The translations under genes were made by a program, and so were the position numbers. Below, one piece after another: positions 35,480 to 46,100 of a stretch of 57,683 bases of DNA (position 1 is its first letter; each line of letters starts with the position of its first letter). The stretch is taken from IMG/VR virus record IMGVR_UViG_3300045283_000159, positions 1-57,683 of that record, one strand, 5' to 3'. The stretch is from a virus (lineage: Duplodnaviria; Caudoviricetes). The notes under the pieces were generated by a model. That model did not search any database. It was not told where the DNA came from and saw only the letters and a list, made by a program, of their open reading frames with translations.

Positions 35480-35943
35480 CCTACTACTCGTCGGTTCCCG
35501 CCGCGATGACCGGCCTGGTGGCCGCGTTCAGGACGTCGACGGGGCTGGGCCTGGCCGGGGTCGCGGTCCGCGACGGGCCCGCCCTCACCGCCGACCCCGC
35601 CCTGGAAGCCGTCGCGGTCGGGTACGCCGACGACCAGAACCAGGACGTCGTGACCGGCACCGCATCCCCTGAGGGGCTGGGCACCGGGGGGGACCGGGAA
35701 CGGTACGCCATCTCCTGCACCGTCGAGGTACTCGACCCGGGCGGCGACATCGCCGCGGCCCGCACCCGGGCGTACGCGCTGCACGCCGCGTGCGGCGCGG
35801 CCATCGCCGTGGACCACACACTCGGCAGGGTGGTGCTGCAGGCGTCCATCGGGATCGGGTCGCTGCGGCAGCAGCAGACGGCGGGCGGGGCCCTGGCCCG
35901 GGTCGCCTTCCCCGTCAACTGCGACGCGTACACCGCCCGCTGA
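35476..35943 (+). CDS. Putative tail terminator
   Basis: VRDGP; D.TLG..V; position. Confidence 0.7.
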   Translation: MTYYSSVPAAMTGLVAAFRTSTGLGLAGVAVRDGPALTADPALEAVAVGYADDQNQDVVTGTASPEGLGTGGDRERYAISCTVEVLDPGGDIAAARTRAYALHAACGAAIAVDHTLGRVVLQASIGIGSLRQQQTAGGALARVAFPVNCDAYTAR

Positions 35944-35945
35944 CC

Positions 35946-36050
35946 TCAGTTCTCCCGCTGGCGGCGGAACAGCCGCGACCGGCGCTGGCGGCGGAACAGG
36001 CTCCACAGCTTCCCGCCCGCCGGCTTCCACGTCCGCCAGCGGCCCCTCAC
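35946..36050 (-). CDS. Arg/Trp-rich cationic micropeptide
   Basis: VRGRWRTWKPAGGKLWSLFRRQRRSRLFRRQREN; GTGA-coupled to the lipoprotein gene. Confidence 0.4.
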   Translation of the reverse strand: MRGRWRTWKPAGGKLWSLFRRQRRSRLFRRQREN

Positions 36051-36277
36051 GATCCGGCCATGATCTCGCTGACGATCTTCTGCAGCGTCGCGTCGGATAT
36101 GCCCTTGCACGCGGCCGGCCTGGTGGCCGCCGGGGCGTCCGGGTGGGCGAGGGCGTAGTGGTAGTCGCGGGTCATCGCGGCCTTGCACGCTGACTCGGAC
36201 GGCCCGCCGCCGCACCCGGCGAGACTCCCGGCCAGTGCGGCGGTGATCGCCAGCGCGGCGATCCTGGTCCTGGTCAT
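36047..36277 (-). CDS. Small lipoprotein
   Basis: Signal peptide with LAGC lipobox. Confidence 0.8.
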   Translation of the reverse strand: MTRTRIAALAITAALAGSLAGCGGGPSESACKAAMTRDYHYALAHPDAPAATRPAACKGISDATLQKIVSEIMAGS

Positions 36278-36441
36278 GATGCGTCCCGGGGCGCGTTCGC
36301 GGCGATGATGGCACGGCGGGCAGCCGCTGCCGACTGCACCACCTGTAGCGCCGCGCCCGGTGGTACGCCAGCTTTAAGCAACCTGGTCAGGGCGCGAATC
36401 TGCTCGACTCCATCATCCGATGAGTTCTCGTTGCCGGTCAT
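36274..36441 (-). CDS. Small hypothetical protein (not in ORF track)
   Basis: MTGNENSSDDGVEQIRALTRLLKAG...; ATGA-coupled at both ends. Confidence 0.55.
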   Translation of the reverse strand: MTGNENSSDDGVEQIRALTRLLKAGVPPGAALQVVQSAAAARRAIIAANAPRDAS

Positions 36442-36569
36442 GACTTCAGTCCCTTGGTGATCAGGATGCGGATGGCGTCGGCGATGCTGATGCCGCCGTT
36501 GGCCTCGGCGTAGGCCTTGACGGCGGCGGCTTGCCTGTCGTCGAGGCGGATGTTGGTCGTGTAGGTCAT
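36438..36569 (-). CDS. Ribbon-helix-helix DNA-binding protein
   Basis: MTYTTNIRLDDRQAAAVKAYAEANGGISIADAIRILITKGL. Confidence 0.8.
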   Translation of the reverse strand: MTYTTNIRLDDRQAAAVKAYAEANGGISIADAIRILITKGLKS

Positions 36570-36751
36570 AGTCCGTCGTCCTCTTCGGCGCGCATTTGCG
36601 CGTAGGCCATTACCTCGGCGCACTCGCGGCGTGCCCGTGCGCTGCCTCCGAGAGCGCGGTCGCACACCTTGACCTGCTTCAGGTCGCCGGCGCTTCCGGC
36701 GTCGTCCCGCAGTGCGCGTATCTGCTCGTCGCTGATCTCGGGGTGGTTCAT
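36566..36751 (-). CDS. Hypothetical protein
   Basis: GAGGGAG RBS. Confidence 0.7.
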   Translation of the reverse strand: MNHPEISDEQIRALRDDAGSAGDLKQVKVCDRALGGSARARRECAEVMAYAQMRAEEDDGL

Positions 36752-36774
36752 GATCGCGCTCCCTCTCTAGGTGA

Positions 36775-36821
36775 TACCCATACGGTACCAGGTTGGTACC
36801 AGGAACGCAACCGGAGGTACC
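36775..36821 (-). promoter_or_regulatory. Promoter of the antisense moron with three GGTACC palindromes (probable RHH operators)
   Basis: TTGCGT-17-TACCGT on minus; GGTACC at 36784, 36795, 36816. Confidence 0.65.
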
Positions 36822-36827
36822 TAAGCC

Positions 36828-37175
36828 ATGGCGGCTCTCACAGCACAGGTCGTCCCGCACGCCGGCGTAACGCCGACCCTGACAGCCGCGCTCGGCGGCA
36901 CCACCGCCAACACGGCGCCCTGCGGGTCCGGGCTGGGCCTGATGTTCGTCAATACCGCCGGCACCACGTGCGTGATCACGATGCGCGTGCCCGCCACCAC
37001 CACGTTCGACGGGCTCGTCATCCCCAACCGGACGTTCACGCTGCCGGCCACGGCCAACGCCGTCAGCTTCATCCCGCTGGTGGCCTCGTCGTACGCCGAC
37101 CCGGTGACCGGCCTGGCAACGTTCGACGTCGCGGCGGGCACCGTCTCCGCGGCCGTAGTCGGGATCAGCAGCTAA
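36828..37175 (+). CDS. Tail-region structural protein
   Basis: GGAGG RBS; MAALTAQ... Confidence 0.8.
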   Translation: MAALTAQVVPHAGVTPTLTAALGGTTANTAPCGSGLGLMFVNTAGTTCVITMRVPATTTFDGLVIPNRTFTLPATANAVSFIPLVASSYADPVTGLATFDVAAGTVSAAVVGISS

Positions 37176-37189
37176 GGAGGCGCGGCGTC

Positions 37190-37396
37190 ATGAGCGAATG
37201 GGTCACGATCATCCACCCGGGGACCGGCGGCACCAGCGAGGTGCACCAGTCCTCTCTCTATCAGTGGTACGCGGCGGGGTGGCGGCTGCTCTCCGACGAC
37301 GAGGCCCCCGCGCAGGAACCGGAGCCGGAACCGCCGCCGGTGACCAAGGCCCAGGCCGCCAGAGCCGCTAAGGCCGGAACCAGCGAGGAGAACTAG
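37190..37396 (+). CDS. Small tail-region protein
   Basis: HP.TG....V..S....W...GW. Confidence 0.7.
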   Translation: MSEWVTIIHPGTGGTSEVHQSSLYQWYAAGWRLLSDDEAPAQEPEPEPPPVTKAQAARAAKAGTSEEN

Positions 37397-37398
37397 CC

Positions 37399-37878
37399 AT
37401 GCCGCCGACACCGCTGACCGCAACCCTCCGGTACATCCCGCCGGGCACCCGGAAAATCTACTGGATCACCACGATCGCCACGTACACCGCGCCGTCCCGC
37501 GGCGAGCTGAACGCCGGGATCGACCTGTCCGCCGAGGTCGCCGAGATCAACGGTTTCTCCGTCACCTCCGGCACGGTCGACACCCCCGACCTGTCGAGCC
37601 GGTTCACGTCCAAGATCCCCGGGCCGATCACCGCCGACAACTCGTCCCTGTCGTTCTACGCCTCCACCACGTCGTCGGACGTGCGCACGGTGCTGCCCCG
37701 TGACACCTCCGGGTTCGTCGTGTTCCTGTGGGAGGGCGACATCACCGGGCAGAGAATGGACGTCTTCCCCGCGAAGGTCACCTCGTCCGCGCTGGACGGC
37801 AACATGACCGACCCGGAGAAGGTCAACATCAGCTTCGCGATCACGAAGATCCCGGCCAGCAACGTGGTCATCCCCTGA
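37399..37878 (+). CDS. Major tail tube protein
   Basis: P.R.ELNAG.DLS; DTPDL..RF...IPG. Confidence 0.85.
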   Translation: MPPTPLTATLRYIPPGTRKIYWITTIATYTAPSRGELNAGIDLSAEVAEINGFSVTSGTVDTPDLSSRFTSKIPGPITADNSSLSFYASTTSSDVRTVLPRDTSGFVVFLWEGDITGQRMDVFPAKVTSSALDGNMTDPEKVNISFAITKIPASNVVIP

Positions 37879-38261
37879 TGGGGTCGTATCTCACCAGGGA
37901 CGCGATCCTCGCCGCGGGCGCACTGAAGACCGAAGAGGTCGACGTATCCGACACCGCATGGGGCGGCATCGTGCTGGTGCGGGAGCTGCGGGGCCGCGAA
38001 CGCGACGAGTGGGAGGCGTCGCTGGCCGTGCAGCGCGGACGGCAGATGGTCCCCGACGTGGCGAACATGCGCGCCAAGCTCGTCGCCCGCTGCGTGGTCG
38101 ACGCGGATCTCGAGCCGCTGTTCTCGCAGCAGGACGTGAACGCGCTCGGCGAGCTGTCCGCCGTGGCGCTCGACCGGGTGTTCGACGTGGCGTCCCGGCT
38201 GTCCGGGCTGAACCCGGCCGACGTGGAGGAGAAGGCAAAAAACTCCGGGACCGGCCCGTAA
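37878..38261 (+). CDS. Tail assembly chaperone (G)
   Basis: LTRDAIL...WGG.V.VREL.G.ERD. Confidence 0.85.
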   Translation: MGSYLTRDAILAAGALKTEEVDVSDTAWGGIVLVRELRGRERDEWEASLAVQRGRQMVPDVANMRAKLVARCVVDADLEPLFSQQDVNALGELSAVALDRVFDVASRLSGLNPADVEEKAKNSGTGP

Positions 38262-38410
38262 GGAGGTTCTGCTTCGGGCTGGCCCGCGACCTCGGCTGCA
38301 CCGTCGCCGAGCTCCTCGACCGGATCTCCTCATCGGAGCTGACGGAGTGGATGGCCTGGTACCAGGCCGAGGAAGAAGACCGGGAACGCGAGGAGAAAAG
38401 GCGGCGGTGA
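38237..38410 (+). other. -1 programmed frameshift (A AAA AAC) producing the GT chaperone
   Basis: Slippery heptamer 38237-38243; -1 frame reads FCFGLARDLGCTVAELLDRISSSELTEWMAWY. Confidence 0.85.
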
Positions 38411-38901
38411 TGGCTGACCTGGCGAGCGAGCTGGAGGCTGTCGCGTTCCGGCTGCGCCGCGCCGGCGATGAGGACCTGGGCCGGGAGCTCACGCGGGCGA
38501 TGAGCCGCGGCGTCCAGGAGGTCCCGGACCTCATCCGGGCCGGGCTGGGCTCGCACCTGCCCGACCGGTACGCCGCCGACCTGGCCGCCGACCTGGACAT
38601 CAAGACCACCGCCCGGAACAGCGGCGGGGCCGACGCCGACGCCGCCGTGGCGGTCTACGCGCAGACCCGCGGGAAAGGCCGGAGGCTGCGCCGCCTCGAC
38701 GCGGGCCTGCTCACGCATCCCCTGTACGGGGACAGGGGGCACTGGTATACGCAGGCCGGCGGGGGCGGCACGGGACCCGGAATGCATTCCGGCTGGTTCA
38801 CCAGCCCCTGCGAAGACGCCGCCCCCCGGGTCCGCGGCAACCTAGAGCAGGCGCTGGAAAACGTCAGTAACCGCGTGACCGGCAAGGGAGCGTTACCGTG
38901 A
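38410..38901 (+). CDS. Tail component, HK97 gp10-like
   Basis: G.L.HPLYG.R..WY.Q...GWF. Confidence 0.7.
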   Translation: MADLASELEAVAFRLRRAGDEDLGRELTRAMSRGVQEVPDLIRAGLGSHLPDRYAADLAADLDIKTTARNSGGADADAAVAVYAQTRGKGRRLRRLDAGLLTHPLYGDRGHWYTQAGGGGTGPGMHSGWFTSPCEDAAPRVRGNLEQALENVSNRVTGKGALP

Positions 38902-38995
38902 CCAGCCAGTCGATCTACCTGCGATAATAGACAGGAAGTGCCCCGGCGAGGCGGTAACCTCCCGGGGCTGGCCGAACCTAGGTAAGAGGTCCGAC

Positions 38996-39664
38996 ATGGC
39001 TGAGCCTAACCCTGACGCCAAGGCGCGCAAGCGGGAGTACAACCGCCGGTACCGCGAGGCCAACCGCGAGCAGCTCCGGGAAAAGAACCGGGAATACCGC
39101 GAGGCCAACCGCGACGAGATCAACGAGCGTCATCGTCAGCGGTACGACCCCCAGCAGAACGCCGCCCGCTACCAAGCCAACCGCGCCAAGATCAGCGAGC
39201 AGCAACGCGCGTACTACCAGGCCAACCGCCAGGAGAGGCTAGAGGCCGTCAAGGCGTACACGGAAGCCAATCAGGGCAAGGTCCGCGAATACAAGCGCCA
39301 GTATTACCAGGCCAGCGGTGCCAAGGTCCGGCAGAAGGCCCTTGAGGACAAGCATGGGCCGAACATCGCCGCCGACTGGGCTGTCATGTGGGAGGCGCAG
39401 CAAGGCCGCTGCTACCTCTGCGGACGCGACATGGATCCTGACGACGCGCACGTTGAGCACTGGCACGGCTGCGCCGCCCATGGCCCGAAGAAATCCTGCC
39501 GGGCCTGCCGTCGCGGGCTGGCGCACCAGAACTGCAACATCATCGTCGGTCAGGCAGCGGACGATCCCTCTCTGCTGAGAATCATCGCGGACAACCTCGA
39601 ACGGGCCAACACTGACATCGCAGCACGTCAGGCGGTGATGCCGCAGCACATAACACTCTTCTAG
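38996..39664 (+). CDS. Endonuclease VII-family free-standing endonuclease
   Basis: QQGRCYLC; HVEHWH; CRRGLAHQNCN; YREANRE repeats. Confidence 0.85.
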   Translation: MAEPNPDAKARKREYNRRYREANREQLREKNREYREANRDEINERHRQRYDPQQNAARYQANRAKISEQQRAYYQANRQERLEAVKAYTEANQGKVREYKRQYYQASGAKVRQKALEDKHGPNIAADWAVMWEAQQGRCYLCGRDMDPDDAHVEHWHGCAAHGPKKSCRACRRGLAHQNCNIIVGQAADDPSLLRIIADNLERANTDIAARQAVMPQHITLF

Positions 39665-39671
39665 GGGAGCC

Positions 39672-42600
39672 GTGGCCACCCAGTCGATCACCTATGAGTT
39701 TCTGAGCCGGGGCGCTGCGTCACTAGCTCGTGACTTCAGGTCAACGGGCGACAGTGCTTCGGCCGCGGCGCGGGGCGCGGCGGTCCTCCAGAAAGTCATC
39801 GCCGACCTGGGGCAGAAGGAGAACCGCACCGCGGCGGAGTCGGTGGCCCTAGCGAAGGCGCTGCGGCTGACCGGCGACGCGGAGGACCGGGCCGCCGCGA
39901 AGGCCCTGGCGGCTGACATCGCGATCCGCCGCCTCGACGACGCGCTGAAGGACTCGTCCAAGAGCACGGGCGGCGCCAGGGCGGGGTTCGCGAGCCTGGC
40001 CGGGGAGGTCACCGGGTTCGGCGCCGCCTCCGACGCGGCGACCAGCGGGGGAAACAAGTTCAAGCTGGCCCTGGCCGGGCTGAACCTCGCCTCCGGGGTC
40101 CTCGAGCCCGCGCTGGCCGGGGTCGTGGTCGCCGCAGGCGGCCTCGCGGCGGCGTTCTCTGCCGCCGGGGCCGGGGTCATCGCCTACCAGGTCGCGCTGA
40201 AGCCGCTGCTGTCCCAGACCACCGACGTGATGAAGGCCCAGGCGGCGCTGGACAAGGCGCAGGCCACGGCGCAGGCGAATTACGCGGCGGCCATCAAGTC
40301 CGGGGTGAGCGCCAAGACCGCGGACGCGGCGCGGACCAAGGCGATGACCGCGGCGCAGCAGCAGTACAACCTGGCCGTCGCGGCCGCCCCCGCGCCGGTC
40401 CGCGAATTCGCCAGGGCGGTGGAAGACACCAAGTCCGGCTACACCGCGTGGGCCGATTCCCTCGCCCGGCCCGTGCTGAGCCCCCTGTCGACGGCGCTGA
40501 AAATAGTCGAGCCCGCGCTGAAGGCGATCACGCCGCTGGTGCGGGTCACGGCCGGCGCGTTCGGGATGCTGGTCACCGAGATATCCAGGAAGGTCGACGC
40601 GGGCGGCCTGACGTCCGTCGTGACCACGGTGCTGCCGCACGTGCGGGACACGATCCTCGACCTCGGGCACGCGGCGGGGAACGTGGCCGCCGGGATCTGG
40701 GGCATCCTCAAGGCGTTCATGCCGGTGTCCGGGCAGATCACCGCCGGGGTCGTCAAGCTGACCGCCAAGTTCAAGGAGTGGGGCCAGTCCCTGTCCGGCG
40801 GCACCGGGTTCCAGTCGCTGATGACCACGTTCCGCACCGAGACGCCGCAGGCCATGGCGATCCTGACGAACCTCGGCACGGTGATCACCAACGTCGGCAA
40901 GGCGATGTTCGGCCTCTCCTCGTTCAGCAATTCCCGGCTGCTGCTGTCCGCGCTGCTGCCCCTGTCCGGGGTGATGGCCAGCCTGAGCAAGAACACGGAC
41001 CTCGTGCGGATAGCGATGTACGCGCTGCTCGCGGTGAAGATCGGGCAGCAGTTCTCCTGGGTCACCGACGCGTGGAAGGGGATCGTCAAGTTCGCCGCCG
41101 CCGCAGAGGGCGCGACGGTCGCGGAGACCATCGCCGCCGCCGCGACGAGGGCGTGGGGGCTGGCGATGACCGCGCTGCCGTGGGTCGCGCTCGCCACCGC
41201 CGTCGTCGCCGTCGCGCTGCTGATCATCAAGTACCACCAGCAGATCTGGACGTTCATCCAGAAGGTGTGGCACGACATCCTCGCCGTGATCATGGGCGTG
41301 TGGAACTGGGTCAGGACGAACTGGCCGCTGCTGCTCGGCATCATCACCGGGCCGATCGGCCTGGCGATCTTGTGGGTCGTCCAGCACTTCGGCGAGATCA
41401 CCACTGCGGTCAAGGCGGTGCTGAACGCCGTGCAGACCGCGTGGAACGCCGTGTGGGGCGCGATCAGGGCCGCGTTCGCCGTGTTCATCTCCGCCGGGAT
41501 CATCGCCCCGTTCAATACGATCACCGGCGCCATCAGGACGGTCCTGTCCGCCGTGTCGTCGGCGTGGAATAACACGTGGAACACGCTGAAAGCCGCGTTC
41601 CGGATCTTCGTCGTCGACGGGGTGCTGGGCCCGCTCGGCCTGATCATCAACGGGGCGGCGAAGGCGTTCAGCTGGGTTCCCCTCGTCGGCGACAAGCTGA
41701 AGGGCGCGGCGGCGGCGTTCAACACGTTCCGGGCTAACGTCAACTCGTCGCTCGGCGGGATCAACGGCCGGACCGTCAACGTCTCCGTCGCCATGACGTC
41801 CGCGACCAACCCGTACGGCGGGATCACCCCGAAAACAGCCCGCGGCTGGCTGGTATCCGGCGGGACGCCCGGCAGGGACAGCGTGCCGATCCTGGCCATG
41901 CCGGGCGAGCTGGTGGTACCCACGCACATCGTCCGGGCCGGGGCGGTCGACCACCTGCGCGGCCGGATCCCCGGGTTCGCGGCGGGCGGCGTGGTCGGCG
42001 CTCCCGGCACGGGCGTGGTCGTCGCCCCGCACACCCCGACCGTCGCGCAGGTCCAGTCGACGCTGATGGCCAGCGTCATGAAACTCGCCGTGGTGTTCGC
42101 GAAAGCCGCGCAGGCCGCCGCGAAGGCGGCCGCGGGAGGGGCCGGGACGCCAGGTCCGGGCGGCGGCGCCCCCGGCGCGAACGCCGCGCTGGCCCGCCGG
42201 CTGATGCCCTCCTGGGGCAGCGGCGCCGAATGGAACGCGTGGAACTACCTGGAAATGCGGGAGGCGGGCTGGAACCAGTTCGCCCGCAACCCGTCATCGG
42301 GCGCGTACGGCATCCCGCAGGCGCTACCACCCGGGAAGATGGGTGCTGCGGCGAACCCGCCGCAGTCCAACCCCACCGCGCAGATCCGCTGGATGATCGG
42401 CTACATCCAGAGCCGGTACGGCGATCCGATCGCGGCGGCCGCCCATGAGCGGGCGTTCAACTGGTACGGCGGCGGCCTGGATGCCATGTTCACCCGGCCG
42501 ACACTAATCGGCGTCGGCGAGCGCGGCCCCGAGCACGTCCAGGTCACACCCGGCGGCGGCGGGGGCGGGGACCTCGGCGCCAAGCTGGACCGGCTCATCG

Positions 42601-42731
42601 CGGAAGTCCGGCAGCTCACCGGCGTCGCCGCGGGCATCCCCGCCGCGACCGGCCGCCACGTCGGCGGGGCCATCAACAGCTCCGCCGGAGCGGCCAGCTT
42701 CCGGAACCGCTACCCGCAGGGCGGTGCGTAA
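39672..42731 (+). CDS. Tape measure protein with C-terminal lytic transglycosylase-like domain
   Basis: Ala-rich helical repeats with periodic W/F; REAGWN..ARNPSSGAYGIPQALP...QIRWMIGYIQSRYG. Confidence 0.95.
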   Translation: MATQSITYEFLSRGAASLARDFRSTGDSASAAARGAAVLQKVIADLGQKENRTAAESVALAKALRLTGDAEDRAAAKALAADIAIRRLDDALKDSSKSTGGARAGFASLAGEVTGFGAASDAATSGGNKFKLALAGLNLASGVLEPALAGVVVAAGGLAAAFSAAGAGVIAYQVALKPLLSQTTDVMKAQAALDKAQATAQANYAAAIKSGVSAKTADAARTKAMTAAQQQYNLAVAAAPAPVREFARAVEDTKSGYTAWADSLARPVLSPLSTALKIVEPALKAITPLVRVTAGAFGMLVTEISRKVDAGGLTSVVTTVLPHVRDTILDLGHAAGNVAAGIWGILKAFMPVSGQITAGVVKLTAKFKEWGQSLSGGTGFQSLMTTFRTETPQAMAILTNLGTVITNVGKAMFGLSSFSNSRLLLSALLPLSGVMASLSKNTDLVRIAMYALLAVKIGQQFSWVTDAWKGIVKFAAAAEGATVAETIAAAATRAWGLAMTALPWVALATAVVAVALLIIKYHQQIWTFIQKVWHDILAVIMGVWNWVRTNWPLLLGIITGPIGLAILWVVQHFGEITTAVKAVLNAVQTAWNAVWGAIRAAFAVFISAGIIAPFNTITGAIRTVLSAVSSAWNNTWNTLKAAFRIFVVDGVLGPLGLIINGAAKAFSWVPLVGDKLKGAAAAFNTFRANVNSSLGGINGRTVNVSVAMTSATNPYGGITPKTARGWLVSGGTPGRDSVPILAMPGELVVPTHIVRAGAVDHLRGRIPGFAAGGVVGAPGTGVVVAPHTPTVAQVQSTLMASVMKLAVVFAKAAQAAAKAAAGGAGTPGPGGGAPGANAALARRLMPSWGSGAEWNAWNYLEMREAGWNQFARNPSSGAYGIPQALPPGKMGAAANPPQSNPTAQIRWMIGYIQSRYGDPIAAAAHERAFNWYGGGLDAMFTRPTLIGVGERGPEHVQVTPGGGGGGDLGAKLDRLIAEVRQLTGVAAGIPAATGRHVGGAINSSAGAASFRNRYPQGGA

Positions 42732-42931
42732 GGCACGCGTTCGGTCACGCAGGCGATACCGGCAATCTCACCCCGGCTGTTCAGGCTTGCCGTCGGGTGC
42801 GCGTCGCCGGGTGCTCCGCGTTCGCGCATGTCCGCGACGAACGCCGCCAGCTCATCTAGCGTCGCGCCGTCATCAAAGGGACGCCATGCCTGCCGGGCAT
42901 TGCGGTCCTCGGCGCGGATCTCAGCGCTCAT
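42710..42931 (-). CDS. Antisense, probably leaderless small protein
   Basis: TACGAT 6 nt before the ATG; MSAEIRAEDR... Confidence 0.6.
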   Translation of the reverse strand: MSAEIRAEDRNARQAWRPFDDGATLDELAAFVADMRERGAPGDAHPTASLNSRGEIAGIACVTERVPYAPPCG

Positions 42932-43180
42932 GCCGCCATCGTAAGCCCCCGGAGGAGCTAGTGACCGCTGACCCGCAGGGCGGCCGGCCGGGGGCGCCTG
43001 ACGGCGGATGGACGCCGGACGGGAGAGCGCGCCTAACCGGCTGATCGCGCTCCTGCCCGGGATAGCTGAAGCCGGCGCGGTCCTCCAGGCGGCGGTGACT
43101 AGTACGTCCCGTCCGGTCATCCGGCAGTCATATTACCAATCCCCGGAGGAGCCAGTGACAGCTGACCCGCACGGGGGCCG

Positions 43181-46100
43181 GTGATGACGTCCAGCCTCAT
43201 CCTGGGCAACGCGATCGAATTGCTGGGTGCTGAGGGGGGCGTCCCGTCGGTCAACCCCGCGTGCCCGGGGGCGATCTTCCTCCTCGCCGACGACGGCTCC
43301 TATGACCTGGGTGCCCCGGCGCCCACCTCGAGTTACGTGGCCAGCCTGATCCTCGACGGGGAACGGCCGTTCGGCCGCAGGGCCAGCAACCGGACCATCA
43401 CGCTGCCCATAAAGATCGTCGCGCCGAACGGCAGCCTGCAGCTCCTGGCCGCCGCCCGGGAATTTTTGCAGCAGACCGTCGACCAGGACGTGTGGACGAT
43501 CACGTGGGTACGCGACCCCGGTCCCGGCGGCACGCCGGTGCCGCTGATCATCGACTGCTTCCGCGCCCAGCCGTCCAGGCCGTCGTACGCGCCGCTGGCT
43601 GAGGCGCAGGGTGTCATGCGGGTCAACCTGACGATCCCCGCCCTGCCGTACGGCCGGTCCGACGTGCAGTCGCAGATCGCGTTCGCGGCGCCGATCCCGC
43701 AGACACCCCCGCCGCCCCCGGCACCGGTGGTCATCGACACGTTCAGCAGCATCAGCAGCACGCAGCATTTCCAGTCGGACCGGTGCATCGTCGGCCCCCG
43801 CTCCTGCGGGTGGGACCCGGACGACGCGCGGGTGGGTGACCCGGGCGGGCAGGCTAACCGGTTCCTCTACACGAACGCGTCGCTGGCCACCACGCTGAAC
43901 CTGACCGGCATGACCAGCCTCGCGATGTGGCTCGGGTTCGGGTCCCGCTACTACACGTACCTGGAGTATCACGGGAAGATCCACGGGGTCTCCCTCTACA
44001 TCACGCTGACGGACACGTCGGGGAACACGCTCGGGATGAGCCGCACCGGGCTGCGGCTGCCGGTGTCCCCGGACGCGCAGCAGCCCGTGTTCAGCCGCGT
44101 GTCGATGCCCATCCCGGCCAGCACCACGTTCAACTACGCGTCCGTCGGCGGGTACACGATCGAGATCCTCAACCGCCACGACCGGATCCGGCGGCTGTCC
44201 TGGGTGACCGCCTTCGTCGACGCGCTCACCGCCTACCCGCCGTCGCAGACCGCGAACCCGGTGACCCGCGGCGCCCTCTACACCCTGTACGGGCTGCAGG
44301 GGACGGCCAGGTCGGCGATGACGCTGGCGTTCCAGCAGCCCCCCACCGCAGGCACCCCCACGACGATCACCGCGACGGGGGCCGGCAACTACACCGTCCC
44401 CGCGCTGGCCGCGTGGCTGAAGGTGGAGGCGGTCGGCGGGGGCGGCGCGGGAGCGTCGCTGACCGCGACGGGCAACGGCGGAGGCGGAGGCGGAGGCGGC
44501 TACTCAGCCGAGTACGTGTTCCCAGCGACGCCAGCCCAGGTCATCCCGTATTACGTGGGCCTCGGCGGCACGGCCGGGGCCAGCCCGGTCGACGGGCAGC
44601 CGACCGTGTTCGGCCCCGGCCCGTCCGGGCCGATGGCGGTCACCGCGAACGGCGGGAAGTCCGCCCTGCAGAACTCCTCCGCCGGGGCGCTCGGCGGCCT
44701 GGCGTCCGGGAACGCGGTCACCTTCCCCGGCGGCACCGGCCGGACCGCCACCGGGTCGGTAGGCGGCGGCGGTGGCAGTTCCGGCGGGAACGCGTCGGCG
44801 GGCCTGTCCCCGACCGGCACGGCGGCCACCGTGTTCACCTCGCCCGGCACCGCGAACTGGACCTGCCCGCCCGGCGTGACCCAGGTCTACGCGGAATGCT
44901 GGGGGTCCGGCGGGTCCGGGGCCCTGGGAGCGTCCGGCGGCGGCAACGGCGGAGGCGGAGGGGCCGCCGAATATGCGGCGCAGTTCGTCAACGTGACGCC
45001 GGGCAACAGCTACAGCTACACGGTGGCGGCGGGTGGCGCTGCCGTGTCCACCTCCGCCACGAACGGTAATAACGGGGCCAGCTCGACGTTCACCGGGGAC
45101 GCCGCCGTCACGGTCACCGCGCACGGTGGTGGCGCCGGCCTGTACCGGACCAGCAGCGGCGGCCAGGGCCCGGCAGGTACCGGGTCATCGAACGCGGTGC
45201 ATTTCAACGGCGGCCAGGGCGGTCCGGCGTTTCCCTATTCCGGGTCGGGTGGAAGCTCAGCCGGGCAGGCGGCGGCCGGCAACAACGGCAACGGCTATGG
45301 CAGCGCGACCCCCGCGCCGACCGGTGGTGGTGCCGGGGGCGCCGGGACCGGGGCAACCACCGGAAACGGAACCGCCGGAACAGCTCCCGGTGGTGGCGGC
45401 GGTGGTACCTACACCAGCCCGGGAACCTCTGGGGCGGGCGCGGCCGGCCAGGTGCGGCTTACCTTCCCGGGCGGCCTGGGAGCCCCGACGAACAACGGCG
45501 CCGCAGCCGTGTCCGGCGGCGGTGCGGGCGGGGCGGGCGGCCCGTCCGCCAACACCGTGGGCAGTGCGGGATCCCAGCCGGGCGGAGCGGGCGGCGGGGC
45601 GTGCTCCACCGGGACCGCCGAGGCCGGCGGCGCGGGGGGCGCGGGCAAGCTCATCATCACCCCGTACTCGTCCGCGCCGTTCAAGAGCTTGATCGTGCAC
45701 CGGCCGCCGCTCGGCGCCTTGAAAACTTTCGTGCCGCTCGTCCCCGTCGGTGCCGGGGTCGACGCGCCGGACGGAACCCACGCGTACACGGTCCCGCAGC
45801 CCGTCACCGGGGTGAACGCGGACTTCGGCGGGACGTACACCCTGTACCTGATCGCCTCGTCGCTGAACGGCAGCTCGGCCAGGACGATCACGGTGACCGT
45901 GACGCAGTACGAGTTCGCGGGCGGCCCGTCCTACTCCGTGTCGACCCTGCCGGTCACGGTCACCCCGGCGCAGGTGACCAACGGCATCCTGACGGCGGGC
46001 GTCCTCACCCTGCCGGTCAAGGCCGTCGCTGCGGACAACTCGGGCGGCTACTACTCCGTCAGCGTGACCGACACGAACAACGCGGACCGCTGGCTGGACT

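Noticed and set aside
38996-39664. Intron- or intein-encoded endonuclease
   Set aside because: Free-standing between genes with its own promoter and leader; no splicing motifs seen
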